NCBI GenBank assembly: GCA_964497435.1
Contig: CAZCCD010000003.1
Span: forward strand, 53,683-117,682
Source of the DNA: Candidatus Woesearchaeota archaeon
Lineage (GTDB): Archaea; Nanobdellota; Nanobdellia; Pacearchaeales; GW2011-AR1
Direction of reading: 5' to 3'
DNA: 64,000 bases
Made by a program: the position numbers and the translations under genes. Positions 37,027-46,518 of this stretch are shown here, piece after piece (the stretch's first letter is position 1; each line of letters opens with the position of its first letter). The notes below the pieces were generated by a model. It had not been told where the DNA came from, did no database searches, and worked only from the letters and a program-made list of their open reading frames with translations.

Positions 37027-37722
37027 TTATATCCATTTCATTAGAATTGCCAAGCCGACCAAAAACAATAGTATACCTGAAATCAAATGCAGCATTCTTA
37101 CATGACTGTCTTTCCAGCCTGTGACTTCATCAACTTTTGCAAAGCCGAAGTAAATTATCAAGGTTATTATCATCATTGGTAAAACAAAAATAATATTATA
37201 ATAAACAAGCCATGGCAATGCTTTTAAGATTCCTAATTCAAATAACAAACCAGAGGCAATTATATAAGGACCCATTGTGCAAGGAAGGAGAAATAATGTT
37301 AGAACAAAACCCAAAACAAAAGCCCCCCATGGTGATGCAATTCTTTCAGTCATTTTTTTTGCCCGCGGTCTTAAAAATAAAGGCATCTCTGTCGCAAAGC
37401 TTCCTTTTTTATAATTAATAGAATCTTTTATATTCAAGGCTCCGAGAATCATCGATATTATCGCCAATCCATTATAGATTATTTTTGAATTCTCTCTTAA
37501 AAATTCTGCGAATATCTTAAAGAACTGCACAATTATAAGGCCATAAAACATGTATCCTAAAAAAACAGCGAGAATGAATGCAGCTCCTGCGTAAAGGACT
37601 TTTTTCCTTTTTCCAGGATTTTTAATTAAGACAGTCATTAAAACCATCGCGAGTATAGCTATCTCGCATGGATTCACAGAGTCAGCAAGTGCTAACGATG
37701 TAATCTTAATGAAGTCTGTCAT
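37027..37722 (-). CDS. ccdA: Cytochrome c-type biogenesis/thiol:disulfide interchange membrane protein CcdA/DsbD family
   Basis: Multi-TM; conserved Cys in TM1 (ADSVNPCEIAIL) and TM4 (LLPCTMGPYI), the two-Cys CcdA signature. Confidence 0.7.
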   Translation of the reverse strand: MTDFIKITSLALADSVNPCEIAILAMVLMTVLIKNPGKRKKVLYAGAAFILAVFLGYMFYGLIIVQFFKIFAEFLRENSKIIYNGLAIISMILGALNIKDSINYKKGSFATEMPLFLRPRAKKMTERIASPWGAFVLGFVLTLFLLPCTMGPYIIASGLLFELGILKALPWLVYYNIIFVLPMMIITLIIYFGFAKVDEVTGWKDSHVRMLHLISGILLFLVGLAILMKWI

Positions 37723-37877
37723 ATTTTACAGAATGAATTATTATTTTTAAATTTAAGTTATTTTTTGTCTCGCTTCGCTCAATTATTTTTTATTGTTAAT
37801 ACAAAAAATCTCTGTTTTATTACTATCTTGTTTTCTCTTTTTAGCATTAACTTATTTTAAGCGAGCTTCCAAATGTG

Positions 37878-37952
37878 GAAGAACCAAGGTTCTTCTAAAC
37901 TCGCAACCTTGTTCGTTGTGAGTTCAGCAATTTGTCTCACAAAATTGCTCGC
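37878..37952 (+). repeat. Structured repeat element copy A (perfect 7/8-bp hairpin plus two imperfect hairpins)
   Basis: GAAGAACCAAGGTTCTTC hairpin, then AAACTCGCAACC..CGTTGTGAGTT and AGCAATTTgtctcacAAAATTGCT. The 56-nt core is about 86% identical to 56447-56515. Confidence 0.6.
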
Positions 37953-38006
37953 ACTACCATTCCTTTTAAATGCAATAGGAAGCAAGCCGGATAACTATAT
38001 TTTATC

Positions 38007-38351
38007 TCAACATCCTGTCAAAGTCTTTAATCTATCAATGCTTTGCACTCCAACATACTGCTGTCCATTAATAACCCATGTCGGAGTTCCTTTAATATCC
38101 TGACATTTATCTCTCTCATAGAAACAATCTACTTTATCTAGGTATTTGTAATAGCCTCCAAACATATCTTTTTGAGTTTCACAGTGAGGGCATCCTAATT
38201 GAACATACAAAGTTGATTTTTTACCTATGCATTCAGCAACTTCTTGCGTTGTTTGAGCTTTAGGACCTTTTACAAGAATAAATATAGCAATTACAACAAC
38301 ACCAATAATTACCAACCAGTTTATCCAACCACTCTTTTTTTTCATTAACAT
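38007..38351 (-). CDS. Membrane-anchored thioredoxin-like thiol-disulfide oxidoreductase
   Basis: N-terminal TM; LGCPHCETQ CxxC active site. Confidence 0.65.
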   Translation of the reverse strand: MLMKKKSGWINWLVIIGVVVIAIFILVKGPKAQTTQEVAECIGKKSTLYVQLGCPHCETQKDMFGGYYKYLDKVDCFYERDKCQDIKGTPTWVINGQQYVGVQSIDRLKTLTGC

Positions 38352-38610
38352 AATAATGGGCTTTTACTTTTAAATGTTTGGATAAAATTAATTCAGATAT
38401 GGTTTGATGTAAATAATATAACTTCATTTATTTATTAATTGTAAATTAGGGTTATTTTATAAACTAATTATAAGCATAGAAACTTTCTCACTTCTCATTG
38501 ATATTAATTTACTTATTACGAATCAAATTTAAGTTAAGGGTTTATTTTACATTGAAATAAGTTTTGGTTCAAACTCTGTACAAAGCCGAAACATTAATAA
38601 AACCAAATCT

Positions 38611-39540
38611 TTGATTCTAATCATGGATCTTATTATTGGTGCTACAAGCAAGGTTGCGAGAGAATATGTTAATCATTTAGTTGAAATAGGGGTTGATAGT
38701 TATTTAGTTTCAAGGTCAGGAAATCAGAATATTTTTCCTCGCACTAAGAATATAAGAGGCCATCTTGTCCAGGATTTAGCTTCTAGTGAATGGGAGATAA
38801 GTGACTTTTTGAAAAACGGAGATTTTTCACGAGTCATATATTTTGCTGCAGTAAATACCTGTAAGCCAGAATTTATGCAAGAGTCTTTTGAAGTTAATTA
38901 TAATGCTGTTTCCAGAATTATAGACTCAATCTTGCCAAGAGATTTACAATTTAGTTATATCTCTACTGACATGGTTTTTACAGATAATGATTTTTGTGAT
39001 GAAAATAAAATCCCTTTATCACCTTTTGGAGAATATGGAAGATTAAAGAGAAAAGGAGAAATAGCTACTTTAAGTTATGGTAATGGTTTAGTTGTGAGAC
39101 TCGGGAATGTTATAGGGACAAGAAAAGATTTTTTGACAAATATTGCTTGCGAGTTAAATAAAGGACAAAAAATACCTGTCTGGACCAATGTTTATAATGT
39201 TTTTACTGGAATTAACGATGTCTTTTTAGTATTAGACAAATTAAGAGAATATCTAGGAAGTCAAAGAGTTTTTCATGCTATTTCTAGAGGAGAGCCTCTT
39301 TCTAGGCACGAGCTTGCAAGGGATTTTGTTTATTTTTGTGTTAAAAGAGGAATTTTGCCTAAAGATTCTCTTGATAGAATTAATCCTGTTAAAGCAAATT
39401 TAAGAGATGGAAGACCGAGTTTTTTAGGATTAACCAACGAGATAACTGAAAGAGAGCTTGGAATTAGCTCTGGTTCTTTATTTGAATCTATAGAAAGTAG
39501 TATGAGTAGAGGATATCCTTACTTAATAAAAATTCAATAG
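38611..39540 (+). CDS. NAD(P)-dependent epimerase/reductase (dTDP-4-dehydrorhamnose reductase RmlD-like SDR)
   Basis: ISTDMVF, YGRLKRKGE (YxxxK); Rossmann N-terminus. Confidence 0.55.
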   Translation: MILIMDLIIGATSKVAREYVNHLVEIGVDSYLVSRSGNQNIFPRTKNIRGHLVQDLASSEWEISDFLKNGDFSRVIYFAAVNTCKPEFMQESFEVNYNAVSRIIDSILPRDLQFSYISTDMVFTDNDFCDENKIPLSPFGEYGRLKRKGEIATLSYGNGLVVRLGNVIGTRKDFLTNIACELNKGQKIPVWTNVYNVFTGINDVFLVLDKLREYLGSQRVFHAISRGEPLSRHELARDFVYFCVKRGILPKDSLDRINPVKANLRDGRPSFLGLTNEITERELGISSGSLFESIESSMSRGYPYLIKIQ

Positions 39541-39818
39541 TCTGGCAACTCTTCTGGGTTTTCGACTCGTATTTCTTCATCAAGAGTTTTCTGGCTGCCT
39601 TCTTCCTTTAGGCTTTCTTCACTTATTGAATTTACCATTTCCTTGAATTTTTCCAGATGCTCTGCAGGAATTTTGACTCCTGCTTTTGTAAACCCAGTAT
39701 ATCTTTCACTCGTGACAAATTCCCTAATAGTCAAACCTTTTCTTCCAGCAAAATCATCTAATCTTACAATTATGTCAGTTGTGTTGTTTTTCGGTATTTT
39801 TCCTATGTCTTTTTCCAT
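39534..39818 (-). CDS. PC4-like ssDNA-binding transcriptional coactivator domain protein
   Basis: IIVRLDDFAGRKGLTIREFV...TGFTKAGVKIPAEHLEKFKEMV resembles the PC4 core (V.V.EFKG...IREYY...PGKKGISL..EQW). Confidence 0.45.
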   Translation of the reverse strand: MEKDIGKIPKNNTTDIIVRLDDFAGRKGLTIREFVTSERYTGFTKAGVKIPAEHLEKFKEMVNSISEESLKEEGSQKTLDEEIRVENPEELPDY

Positions 39819-39865
39819 GAGGATTAAAGATTTAATATGTATTTAAGTTTTATTATATTGTATTT

Positions 39866-40225
39866 TTAAGGAAAAGGGATATCCCGATGATTATCTTGTC
39901 TGCCTTTCCAACAAGGTCCAAAATTTATCCATTCTAATTTAACTCCTGTTTTGTAATCTTCATAAATTAAACCTACATTATCTCCGTCTATTGCCTCTGT
40001 AAAAACTTCTAACCTTCCGATTTCTTTTTCATCTTCCAATTGAAATAGAGAATATGTTGTTTTTTCTGGCTCTCCGTTGACACTAACTCCCACAAAAGAG
40101 GGTAGTCTACCTTCTAACAACCTTATGCCTATATTTTTTCCAGGATGGTTTTTTACTATATAGTTGAATAAATTAGGCCTTTCTTTTTGTAGCAATTGAT
40201 CTTTTTCCACCCTTTGTATTTCCAT
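39866..40225 (-). CDS. Hypothetical protein
   Basis: 119-aa ORF. Confidence 0.4.
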   Translation of the reverse strand: MEIQRVEKDQLLQKERPNLFNYIVKNHPGKNIGIRLLEGRLPSFVGVSVNGEPEKTTYSLFQLEDEKEIGRLEVFTEAIDGDNVGLIYEDYKTGVKLEWINFGPCWKGRQDNHRDIPFP

Positions 40226-40282
40226 ATTTTATTCTTATTTTAAGGGTATTTAAGGTTTATTAAGATTTACTTCGTATTTGCC

Positions 40283-40843
40283 TTATTCAATAATAGAAGT
40301 CTTAATTATCCTAACTTCTTCCAACGGCTTGTCTTGAAAATCTGTTGAAGCTTTCGCAATTTCATCAACAACATCCATTCCCTCAACAACTATGCCGAAA
40401 GCAGGATGTTTTGAATCAAGAAAGTTATTATCAACTAAATTAATGAAAAACTGGCTTCCGCCCGTGTTTGAGCCAGCGTTTGCCATTGAAATTGTTCCAC
40501 GATTATTTTTATTTCCTCCAGAATGCGTGAATTCATCTTTTATTGTGTAGCCAGGGCCTCCTGTTCCAGTTCCTGTTGGATCTCCTCCCTGTATCATGAA
40601 ACCATTAATTACTCTGTGGAAAATAACTCCATAATAAAACCCCTCTCTAACTAACTTCTCGAAGTTTCCAGTTGTTATAGGCATGTCATCATATAACTCA
40701 ATAACTATATTTCCTTTATTTGTCTCAAGCAAAACTTTTTTCCCCATATTTTCAGTTGTTTTTCCGGTTAAAGATCCTTTTCCAAAGAGGAAAAAAGTAA
40801 TAATTAGCACTGCAATTATTATTAAGACAGCACTTATTTTCAT
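40283..40843 (-). CDS. Secreted cyclophilin-type peptidyl-prolyl cis-trans isomerase
   Basis: N-terminal TM/signal; FHRVINGFMIQGGDP, GSQFFI. Confidence 0.85.
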   Translation of the reverse strand: MKISAVLIIIAVLIITFFLFGKGSLTGKTTENMGKKVLLETNKGNIVIELYDDMPITTGNFEKLVREGFYYGVIFHRVINGFMIQGGDPTGTGTGGPGYTIKDEFTHSGGNKNNRGTISMANAGSNTGGSQFFINLVDNNFLDSKHPAFGIVVEGMDVVDEIAKASTDFQDKPLEEVRIIKTSIIE

Positions 40844-40875
40844 GAAAAGAAGAAAATTTAAGAGTTTTTAAATTT

Positions 40876-40897
40876 TAGCTAGCTCGTGAAACTCGCT
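40876..40897 (-). promoter_or_regulatory. GC-rich motif (reverse complement TAGCGAGTTTCACGAGCTAGCT) immediately upstream of the TATA-like box of the cyclophilin gene
   Basis: 22/24 match to 14763-14784 upstream of cutA; followed on the minus strand by TAAAATTTAAAAA and the ATG at 40843. Confidence 0.4.
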
Positions 40898-41184
40898 AGA
40901 TATTTATTATATGTAAATTAATGATAAGTAAGGTTAAACAACATGAGTTTATGTTATCACTTAAACGAGTAGTAATTAAAATTATCAATGGGCGAGCAAG
41001 TATATCTTTTTTACTTAATAGGTTTTATGTCTTTGTTATTTCTATTAGAATCCTCTTAATCCAACCAAAATATCATTCTTAAATAAGGAAGTATTGCTCT
41101 TAAAATTGTTTGGAATATCATTTTGAATATAGTAGAATTGAGTATTTAAATACAAGTTATCACTATTAAGATTAGTTTTTATAT

Positions 41185-41493
41185 CTAATCTTTCATCTCT
41201 ATTTTTATATTCACGCTTTTTGGAATTTTCATCCTCATTATATGATGCAGGACTTTTTCATTTGAAGGCATATCAATTAATCTTTTATGAATCCTCATCT
41301 CAAATCTGTCAAAAGTCGCTGTTCCGTTTCCACAAGGTGATTTTCTTGTCGTAATCTTAAGTTTTTTAGTTGGCAGAGGAACTGGCCCAGAAATCACAAT
41401 TCCAGATTTTTGAGCCACATCTTTAATAGAATTACAAATATCATTTAACATCCCTATGTCTACGCTGTTTAGTTTTATTCTTACCTTGCTCAT
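41185..41493 (-). CDS. rps10: 30S ribosomal protein S10 (uS10)
   Basis: KVRIKLNSVD...ISGPVPLPT...RFEMRIHKRLIDM. Confidence 0.85.
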   Translation of the reverse strand: MSKVRIKLNSVDIGMLNDICNSIKDVAQKSGIVISGPVPLPTKKLKITTRKSPCGNGTATFDRFEMRIHKRLIDMPSNEKVLHHIMRMKIPKSVNIKIEMKD

Positions 41494-41755
41494 AGAATTA
41501 AATCTGAAGATTAGTTTAAAAAGGTTTTTATATAGTAATTACTTTGACTAAATATGAAAATTAAGGCTGGAAAAATTCCAAATTCATTAAGATTAGAAGA
41601 GAGTGTGGAATTTTGTGAAGAAGAAAATATTATAAGAAGATTTGTAAATGGTGATATTAATATCTATGGGTTTATGTATGAAATGGATGTAATATATGGA
41701 CAGACCCAATCAAAAGATACGTATTCAATTTAATAACTAACCAATTACCATCTTT

Positions 41756-44401
41756 TTAGTTATCGTGATTCTCCTCACTCCAGAAATGTTTTTTATTATT
41801 TACATTTTTCAAAACATCAAAAATTATTAAAAGCAAAAAGGCAGAGCCTATGCTTATCATCCATTCAGTAAGGCTTAAGGGAGAGGTTTCAAATACTTTA
41901 TTTAAAGGAGTGTATATAATAGCAAGAGTCGCCATTATTGATATTAGGCTTGCGTAAAAAAGATATTTATTTATAAGAGGAGATCTATTCAAGACTCCTT
42001 TCCTGAAAGATCTAAAATTAAATGCCCCTGCTATTTCTAAGGCTATTAAGACTACAAGTGCAACAGTTCTTGAATGAGTGACATCTCCTCCAAGTATATT
42101 GAAGTCTATGTAAAATGCTGTTAAAACTATCAAGGCCATTAGAGTTCCTGCAAAAAATAATAATAAAAATAGTTTTTTATTTAACAATTCTGAATTTTTT
42201 CTTGGCCTTTCTTCCATGATGTCTGTCGATGAAGGATTTAAGCCAAGGGTTATTGCAGGCAGATCATCAGTTACAAGATTCATAAACAAGATTTGCAACG
42301 CCAAGAGAATTGGTATAGGCCATCCTAACACAGGAACTAACAATGCCCCAAAAAATAATATAGACAGCTCTGCAAAATTACAAGATAATTGGTAACTAAT
42401 AAACTTTCTTGAGTTGTTGAATATTGTCCTTCCTTCTTTTATTGCATCAACTATTGTAGCGAAATTGTCGTCTTTTAAAACCATATCAGCCACTGACCTT
42501 GAGACATCTGTCCCGTTTTTTCCCATGGCAACTCCTATATGTGCTTCTTTCAATGCAGGAGCATCATTAACACCATCTCCTGTCATTGTGATTATTTCCC
42601 CATTCGCCTTCAGGGCTTTCACGATTCTAAGTTTATGTTCTGGCCTTACCCTCGAGAATATTATAATTTTATTTATCCTTTTTTCTAATTCCTTATCACT
42701 CATATTATCAATTTCCTCACCCTCGACAATTTCACCCTCACCTAATCTTATTTCTCTTGCAATAGACAAGGCAGTTTCTTTATTGTCTCCTGTTATCATT
42801 TTTACTTTTATTCCAGCTTGCTTGCAGAGTTTTAAAGCATCCTTGACCTCTTCTCTCGGAGGATCTTCCATTCCAACCATCCCTAAGAAAATCATTTCTT
42901 TTTCAATATCTTCTTTAAGTTTTTTTCTTTTGTATGAAAAAGCAACAACCCTTAATGAATTAGAAGTCATTTGATTATGTATTTCATGAAGTTTCTTTCT
43001 TTCTTTTTCAGTAAGCCTAAATACTCCGTTATTTCTTTTTATATGACTGCATTTCTTTATAATAACCTCAAATGCTCCTTTTGAGTAAACTGTTTTTTCG
43101 TTTTTTTCTTTAACTACAACAGACATCATTTTTCTTTCTGAGCTGAAAGGAAGCTCTTCTTCGATATTCAATTTTAAGTCTTCTTTGAAATATCCTGATT
43201 TTGCAGCCATGACTAATAAAGCGCCTTCTGTAGGAGTTCCGTTAATATGAAATATTTTATCTTCTCCTGTCCTTTCAATAAAAGAATCATTACAAGCTAC
43301 AGAATTTTTTATTAAGAGATTTAATGTTTCTTCTTTTTTTACATTAACTACTCTCCCATCTCTTAAGAAATTCCCTTCAGCAACATATCCAACACCCTCT
43401 ACTTCAAATTTTTTATTGTCAGCGTAAATTTCCCTCACTGTCATCTCGCCTTTTGTTATTGTCCCTGTCTTATCAGAGCAGATTATTGTCGTCTCCCCTA
43501 AAGTTTCTATTATCGACATTCTATTGACTATTGCATTTTTTTTAGCCATTCTATATGCTCCTAAAGACAGAGTTGTTATTAATACAACAGGAAATCCTTC
43601 AGGAAACGAGGCGACAGTTATTGCAATGATTAAAATTAGGACTTCTATTACATGTTCTCTAGAGAAAGACGTATCTTGTGTGAATACAATAATTCCTGTT
43701 AGTAAAGCTGTTACAAAACCAATTATCGAGATATATTTTGAAATTTTATTCACCTTTTTCTGGAGAGGAAGTTCTTTTTCACTTATAGAAATCATTCCTG
43801 CTATTTTTCCGAACTTTGTGTTCATCCCTGTTTTAATTGCTTGGGCAACACATTTTCCACTTATTACAAATGAACCCATAAACAAAGTATTTTCTTCGCC
43901 ATATTTTTTTACGTCTTTAACTACTTTTTTCGTTATTTCTTTTGACTCTCCTGTTAAAATAGATTCATCAACTAAGATGTCTTTTTGTTCTAATATAATA
44001 CAATCTGCAGGCACTTTTTCTCCACTTCTTAAAACAATTATGTCTCCTGGAACAATGTTTTTTGAAGGAATCTCTTTTTCTTTTCCATCTCTTATGACTA
44101 TAGATATAGGCATTAACATGTTTTTTAGGGCACTGATTGCTTTTTCTGCCTTATATTCCTGAACAAATCCAGTTGAAATTACAATAAAAATAACAACAAA
44201 AATTGTATAGGCTGTTATTTTTTCTCCGACAAAAAAAGAAATAATCATTGCTGTGAAAAGAAGATAAACAATAAAATTGCCTTTTAACTGCCTTAATAAA
44301 ATATTTAAAGATGATACTTCGTTTACGTCTTTAATTTCATTATAACCTTCTTTCAGGAGTTTTTCTTCAACCTCTTTTTCAGACAACCCTTTTTTTTCCA
44401 T
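41756..44401 (-). CDS. Cation-transporting P-type ATPase (type II, Ca2+/Mg2+-like)
   Basis: ICSDKTGTIT, MITGDN, TGDGVNDAPALK; 10 TM helices. Confidence 0.85.
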   Translation of the reverse strand: MEKKGLSEKEVEEKLLKEGYNEIKDVNEVSSLNILLRQLKGNFIVYLLFTAMIISFFVGEKITAYTIFVVIFIVISTGFVQEYKAEKAISALKNMLMPISIVIRDGKEKEIPSKNIVPGDIIVLRSGEKVPADCIILEQKDILVDESILTGESKEITKKVVKDVKKYGEENTLFMGSFVISGKCVAQAIKTGMNTKFGKIAGMISISEKELPLQKKVNKISKYISIIGFVTALLTGIIVFTQDTSFSREHVIEVLILIIAITVASFPEGFPVVLITTLSLGAYRMAKKNAIVNRMSIIETLGETTIICSDKTGTITKGEMTVREIYADNKKFEVEGVGYVAEGNFLRDGRVVNVKKEETLNLLIKNSVACNDSFIERTGEDKIFHINGTPTEGALLVMAAKSGYFKEDLKLNIEEELPFSSERKMMSVVVKEKNEKTVYSKGAFEVIIKKCSHIKRNNGVFRLTEKERKKLHEIHNQMTSNSLRVVAFSYKRKKLKEDIEKEMIFLGMVGMEDPPREEVKDALKLCKQAGIKVKMITGDNKETALSIAREIRLGEGEIVEGEEIDNMSDKELEKRINKIIIFSRVRPEHKLRIVKALKANGEIITMTGDGVNDAPALKEAHIGVAMGKNGTDVSRSVADMVLKDDNFATIVDAIKEGRTIFNNSRKFISYQLSCNFAELSILFFGALLVPVLGWPIPILLALQILFMNLVTDDLPAITLGLNPSSTDIMEERPRKNSELLNKKLFLLLFFAGTLMALIVLTAFYIDFNILGGDVTHSRTVALVVLIALEIAGAFNFRSFRKGVLNRSPLINKYLFYASLISIMATLAIIYTPLNKVFETSPLSLTEWMISIGSAFLLLIIFDVLKNVNNKKHFWSEENHDN

Positions 44402-44498
44402 TTTTTACAGCAGAATTAGTTATTTTTTATTTAAGAGGTTTGCGGTTTTGGTGTTTTATTAAATTACTATCATCCTTAAAAGGTAATTGGTTTTTAAT

Positions 44499-46451
44499 CT
44501 ACCTTCTTCTAAATACGACAATCAGAATCAATAACAAAACAATTCCTATTCCAAAAACAGGCAAGAGTATTAACCAAATGTTGCTAACTTCACCTAGACT
44601 GAAATTGTTTTTTGGACTTTCTGTTTTTTTATCTTGGTCAGTAACTTTTATCGCTGGTTCTTCTAATTTAATAGTTGGAGTGAAAGCGCCCGTCTTTTCT
44701 TTACCAGAATTATCGACTAATAAATTTGAATCAAGAGTGTTTCTTATTACATCATTATCCTTTTTATCATCTTTCTTTTTATCAATATCAAAATCTCTTG
44801 TTTCTGAAATTCCTTTATTTCCATGAATATCAACACATTCTATTCTCCAATTGTAACCCTCATCGCTGTCTAACTCTTGCCTGAATATATTTTCTACATC
44901 TTTTTCAATAACATTATCTAAATCCTCAAGATCTCCGTCGATAATTAAACTACAACTTGCTATATTTGACTCATCAGAAACTTTATACCTGAAAGTTATA
45001 GTCTTATCGCTTTTTGATGTTTCAAAATCTTCATTGTCGTCTGGATCGAGTAAAGTAATTGTTGGAGGAGTTGTGTCTTTGGATAATTCTTCTTCAATCG
45101 CGTTTTCAAATACTTCATATGGTTGTGCTCCGCTAATTAATCTTCCGTTAACAAAAAATGCTGGCACACCTGCAACACCTTTACTAATACCCTCATTAAT
45201 ATCATCTTCTACTCTTGACCCAATATTACTGTTATAAAAACAACTACTAAATTTATTCATATCAAGCCCTATTTCCTCGGCATAATTTTTTAAATCTGTG
45301 TCTGATAAGGCATTTTGATTTTTGTACAGAAAATCTATGTACTCAAAAAACTTATTTTGATATGAGGCACATTCTGCAGCTATTGCTGAGTTTTTGGCGT
45401 GAGGATGAATGCTCTTTAAAGGAAAATGCTTAAGAACTAATTTTACTTTTCCTGTATCTATATAATTTTTCTTTATCAACGGGAAAGTGTTGTTGTACCA
45501 TCTTGCATCAAAAGGACCTTCAAAGTCAGTGAACATTTCTAAAGTAACCGGCGCAGTTTTTTGTCCTAATGTTCTTTGAAGGTCAGTTCTAGGAGGATGT
45601 TCCACTTCAAAAGGCAAATCACTAGGATATTTCTCTAAATATGCTTCTACTAATGGTGATGGAAATACCAACTCTTCTGCTGAATCTTGGATTGCTAGAA
45701 CGAAAATTATTAAATTTTCATGAGGCCAGATTATAGCTATAATACCCTCATCTTTAAAAGTGTAAACGAAATTCTCATTAATCTTTTCTAATGTTAATTC
45801 TTCTTCACCTTCTTTAAGAAATTCTTTTAAGGACAAGCTGTCTTCAAACTCAATAACATTCACCCCATAAAGATTACCATCACCTTTGTCATAGTATGAA
45901 AAATACATTTTAAGAATTCCTTCATCAGATTCTGGAATTTCAATCATTGCAGATTTATCATATTTGTAATCGTCTATATCTTCTATTATCATGACCTCTC
46001 TAATTTCTGTTAGATCTACGTAAAAATCAGCTTTTGCATTTCCAGAATTTTCAAATTCATCTTCACATGTTACGCTTATTATGTAATTTTCTCCTTCTTG
46101 TGTTTCTTTAAGATTTTTAATTTGTTGCATATGGAGTTTTCCTCCAGTTATTTCCATTTCAACTGGGGGCATTCCCCCTCCATAGTATGGACCACGAAAG
46201 CCAAGGCTATACAAACAAATAGCATTTTCATCTGTTTCAACAACTAAAGATGTAAAATCTCCTTTTACTGTTGAGCCGTTTTCTGGCAAGATTATTTCTA
46301 TTATTGGAGAAACCTCTTCTGGAGGTGATGTTTCAAAATCTTCATACGTATAATTAAAAGTTTTATAAAGATCTCTATCCAAAGCACTTACAACCCCAGC
46401 TAGAATTATCACCCCTAAAATTGCAAGGAACAAGATACTATTTTTTGCCAT
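44499..46451 (-). CDS. Secreted, C-terminally membrane-anchored protein with DsbA-like thioredoxin-fold domain lacking the CxxC active site
   Basis: Signal peptide; the DsbA-like region has DFEGPFDARWY where DsbA carries the CPxC motif (recalled here as DFQCPFC); C-terminal TM WLILLPVFGIGIVLLLILIVVF. Confidence 0.55.
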   Translation of the reverse strand: MAKNSILFLAILGVIILAGVVSALDRDLYKTFNYTYEDFETSPPEEVSPIIEIILPENGSTVKGDFTSLVVETDENAICLYSLGFRGPYYGGGMPPVEMEITGGKLHMQQIKNLKETQEGENYIISVTCEDEFENSGNAKADFYVDLTEIREVMIIEDIDDYKYDKSAMIEIPESDEGILKMYFSYYDKGDGNLYGVNVIEFEDSLSLKEFLKEGEEELTLEKINENFVYTFKDEGIIAIIWPHENLIIFVLAIQDSAEELVFPSPLVEAYLEKYPSDLPFEVEHPPRTDLQRTLGQKTAPVTLEMFTDFEGPFDARWYNNTFPLIKKNYIDTGKVKLVLKHFPLKSIHPHAKNSAIAAECASYQNKFFEYIDFLYKNQNALSDTDLKNYAEEIGLDMNKFSSCFYNSNIGSRVEDDINEGISKGVAGVPAFFVNGRLISGAQPYEVFENAIEEELSKDTTPPTITLLDPDDNEDFETSKSDKTITFRYKVSDESNIASCSLIIDGDLEDLDNVIEKDVENIFRQELDSDEGYNWRIECVDIHGNKGISETRDFDIDKKKDDKKDNDVIRNTLDSNLLVDNSGKEKTGAFTPTIKLEEPAIKVTDQDKKTESPKNNFSLGEVSNIWLILLPVFGIGIVLLLILIVVFRRR

Positions 46452-46518
46452 TCTAGGTTAAAATTCCAACCTATTAAAGGTATTTAAACTTTTTTATACT
46501 TTAAAAATCCTGCGAAAA

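Noticed and set aside
37873-38103. Plus-strand ORF 37873..38103 (76 aa)
   Set aside because: It begins inside the hairpin/repeat element and runs antisense into the thioredoxin-like gene; better explained as a repeat plus an antisense artefact.
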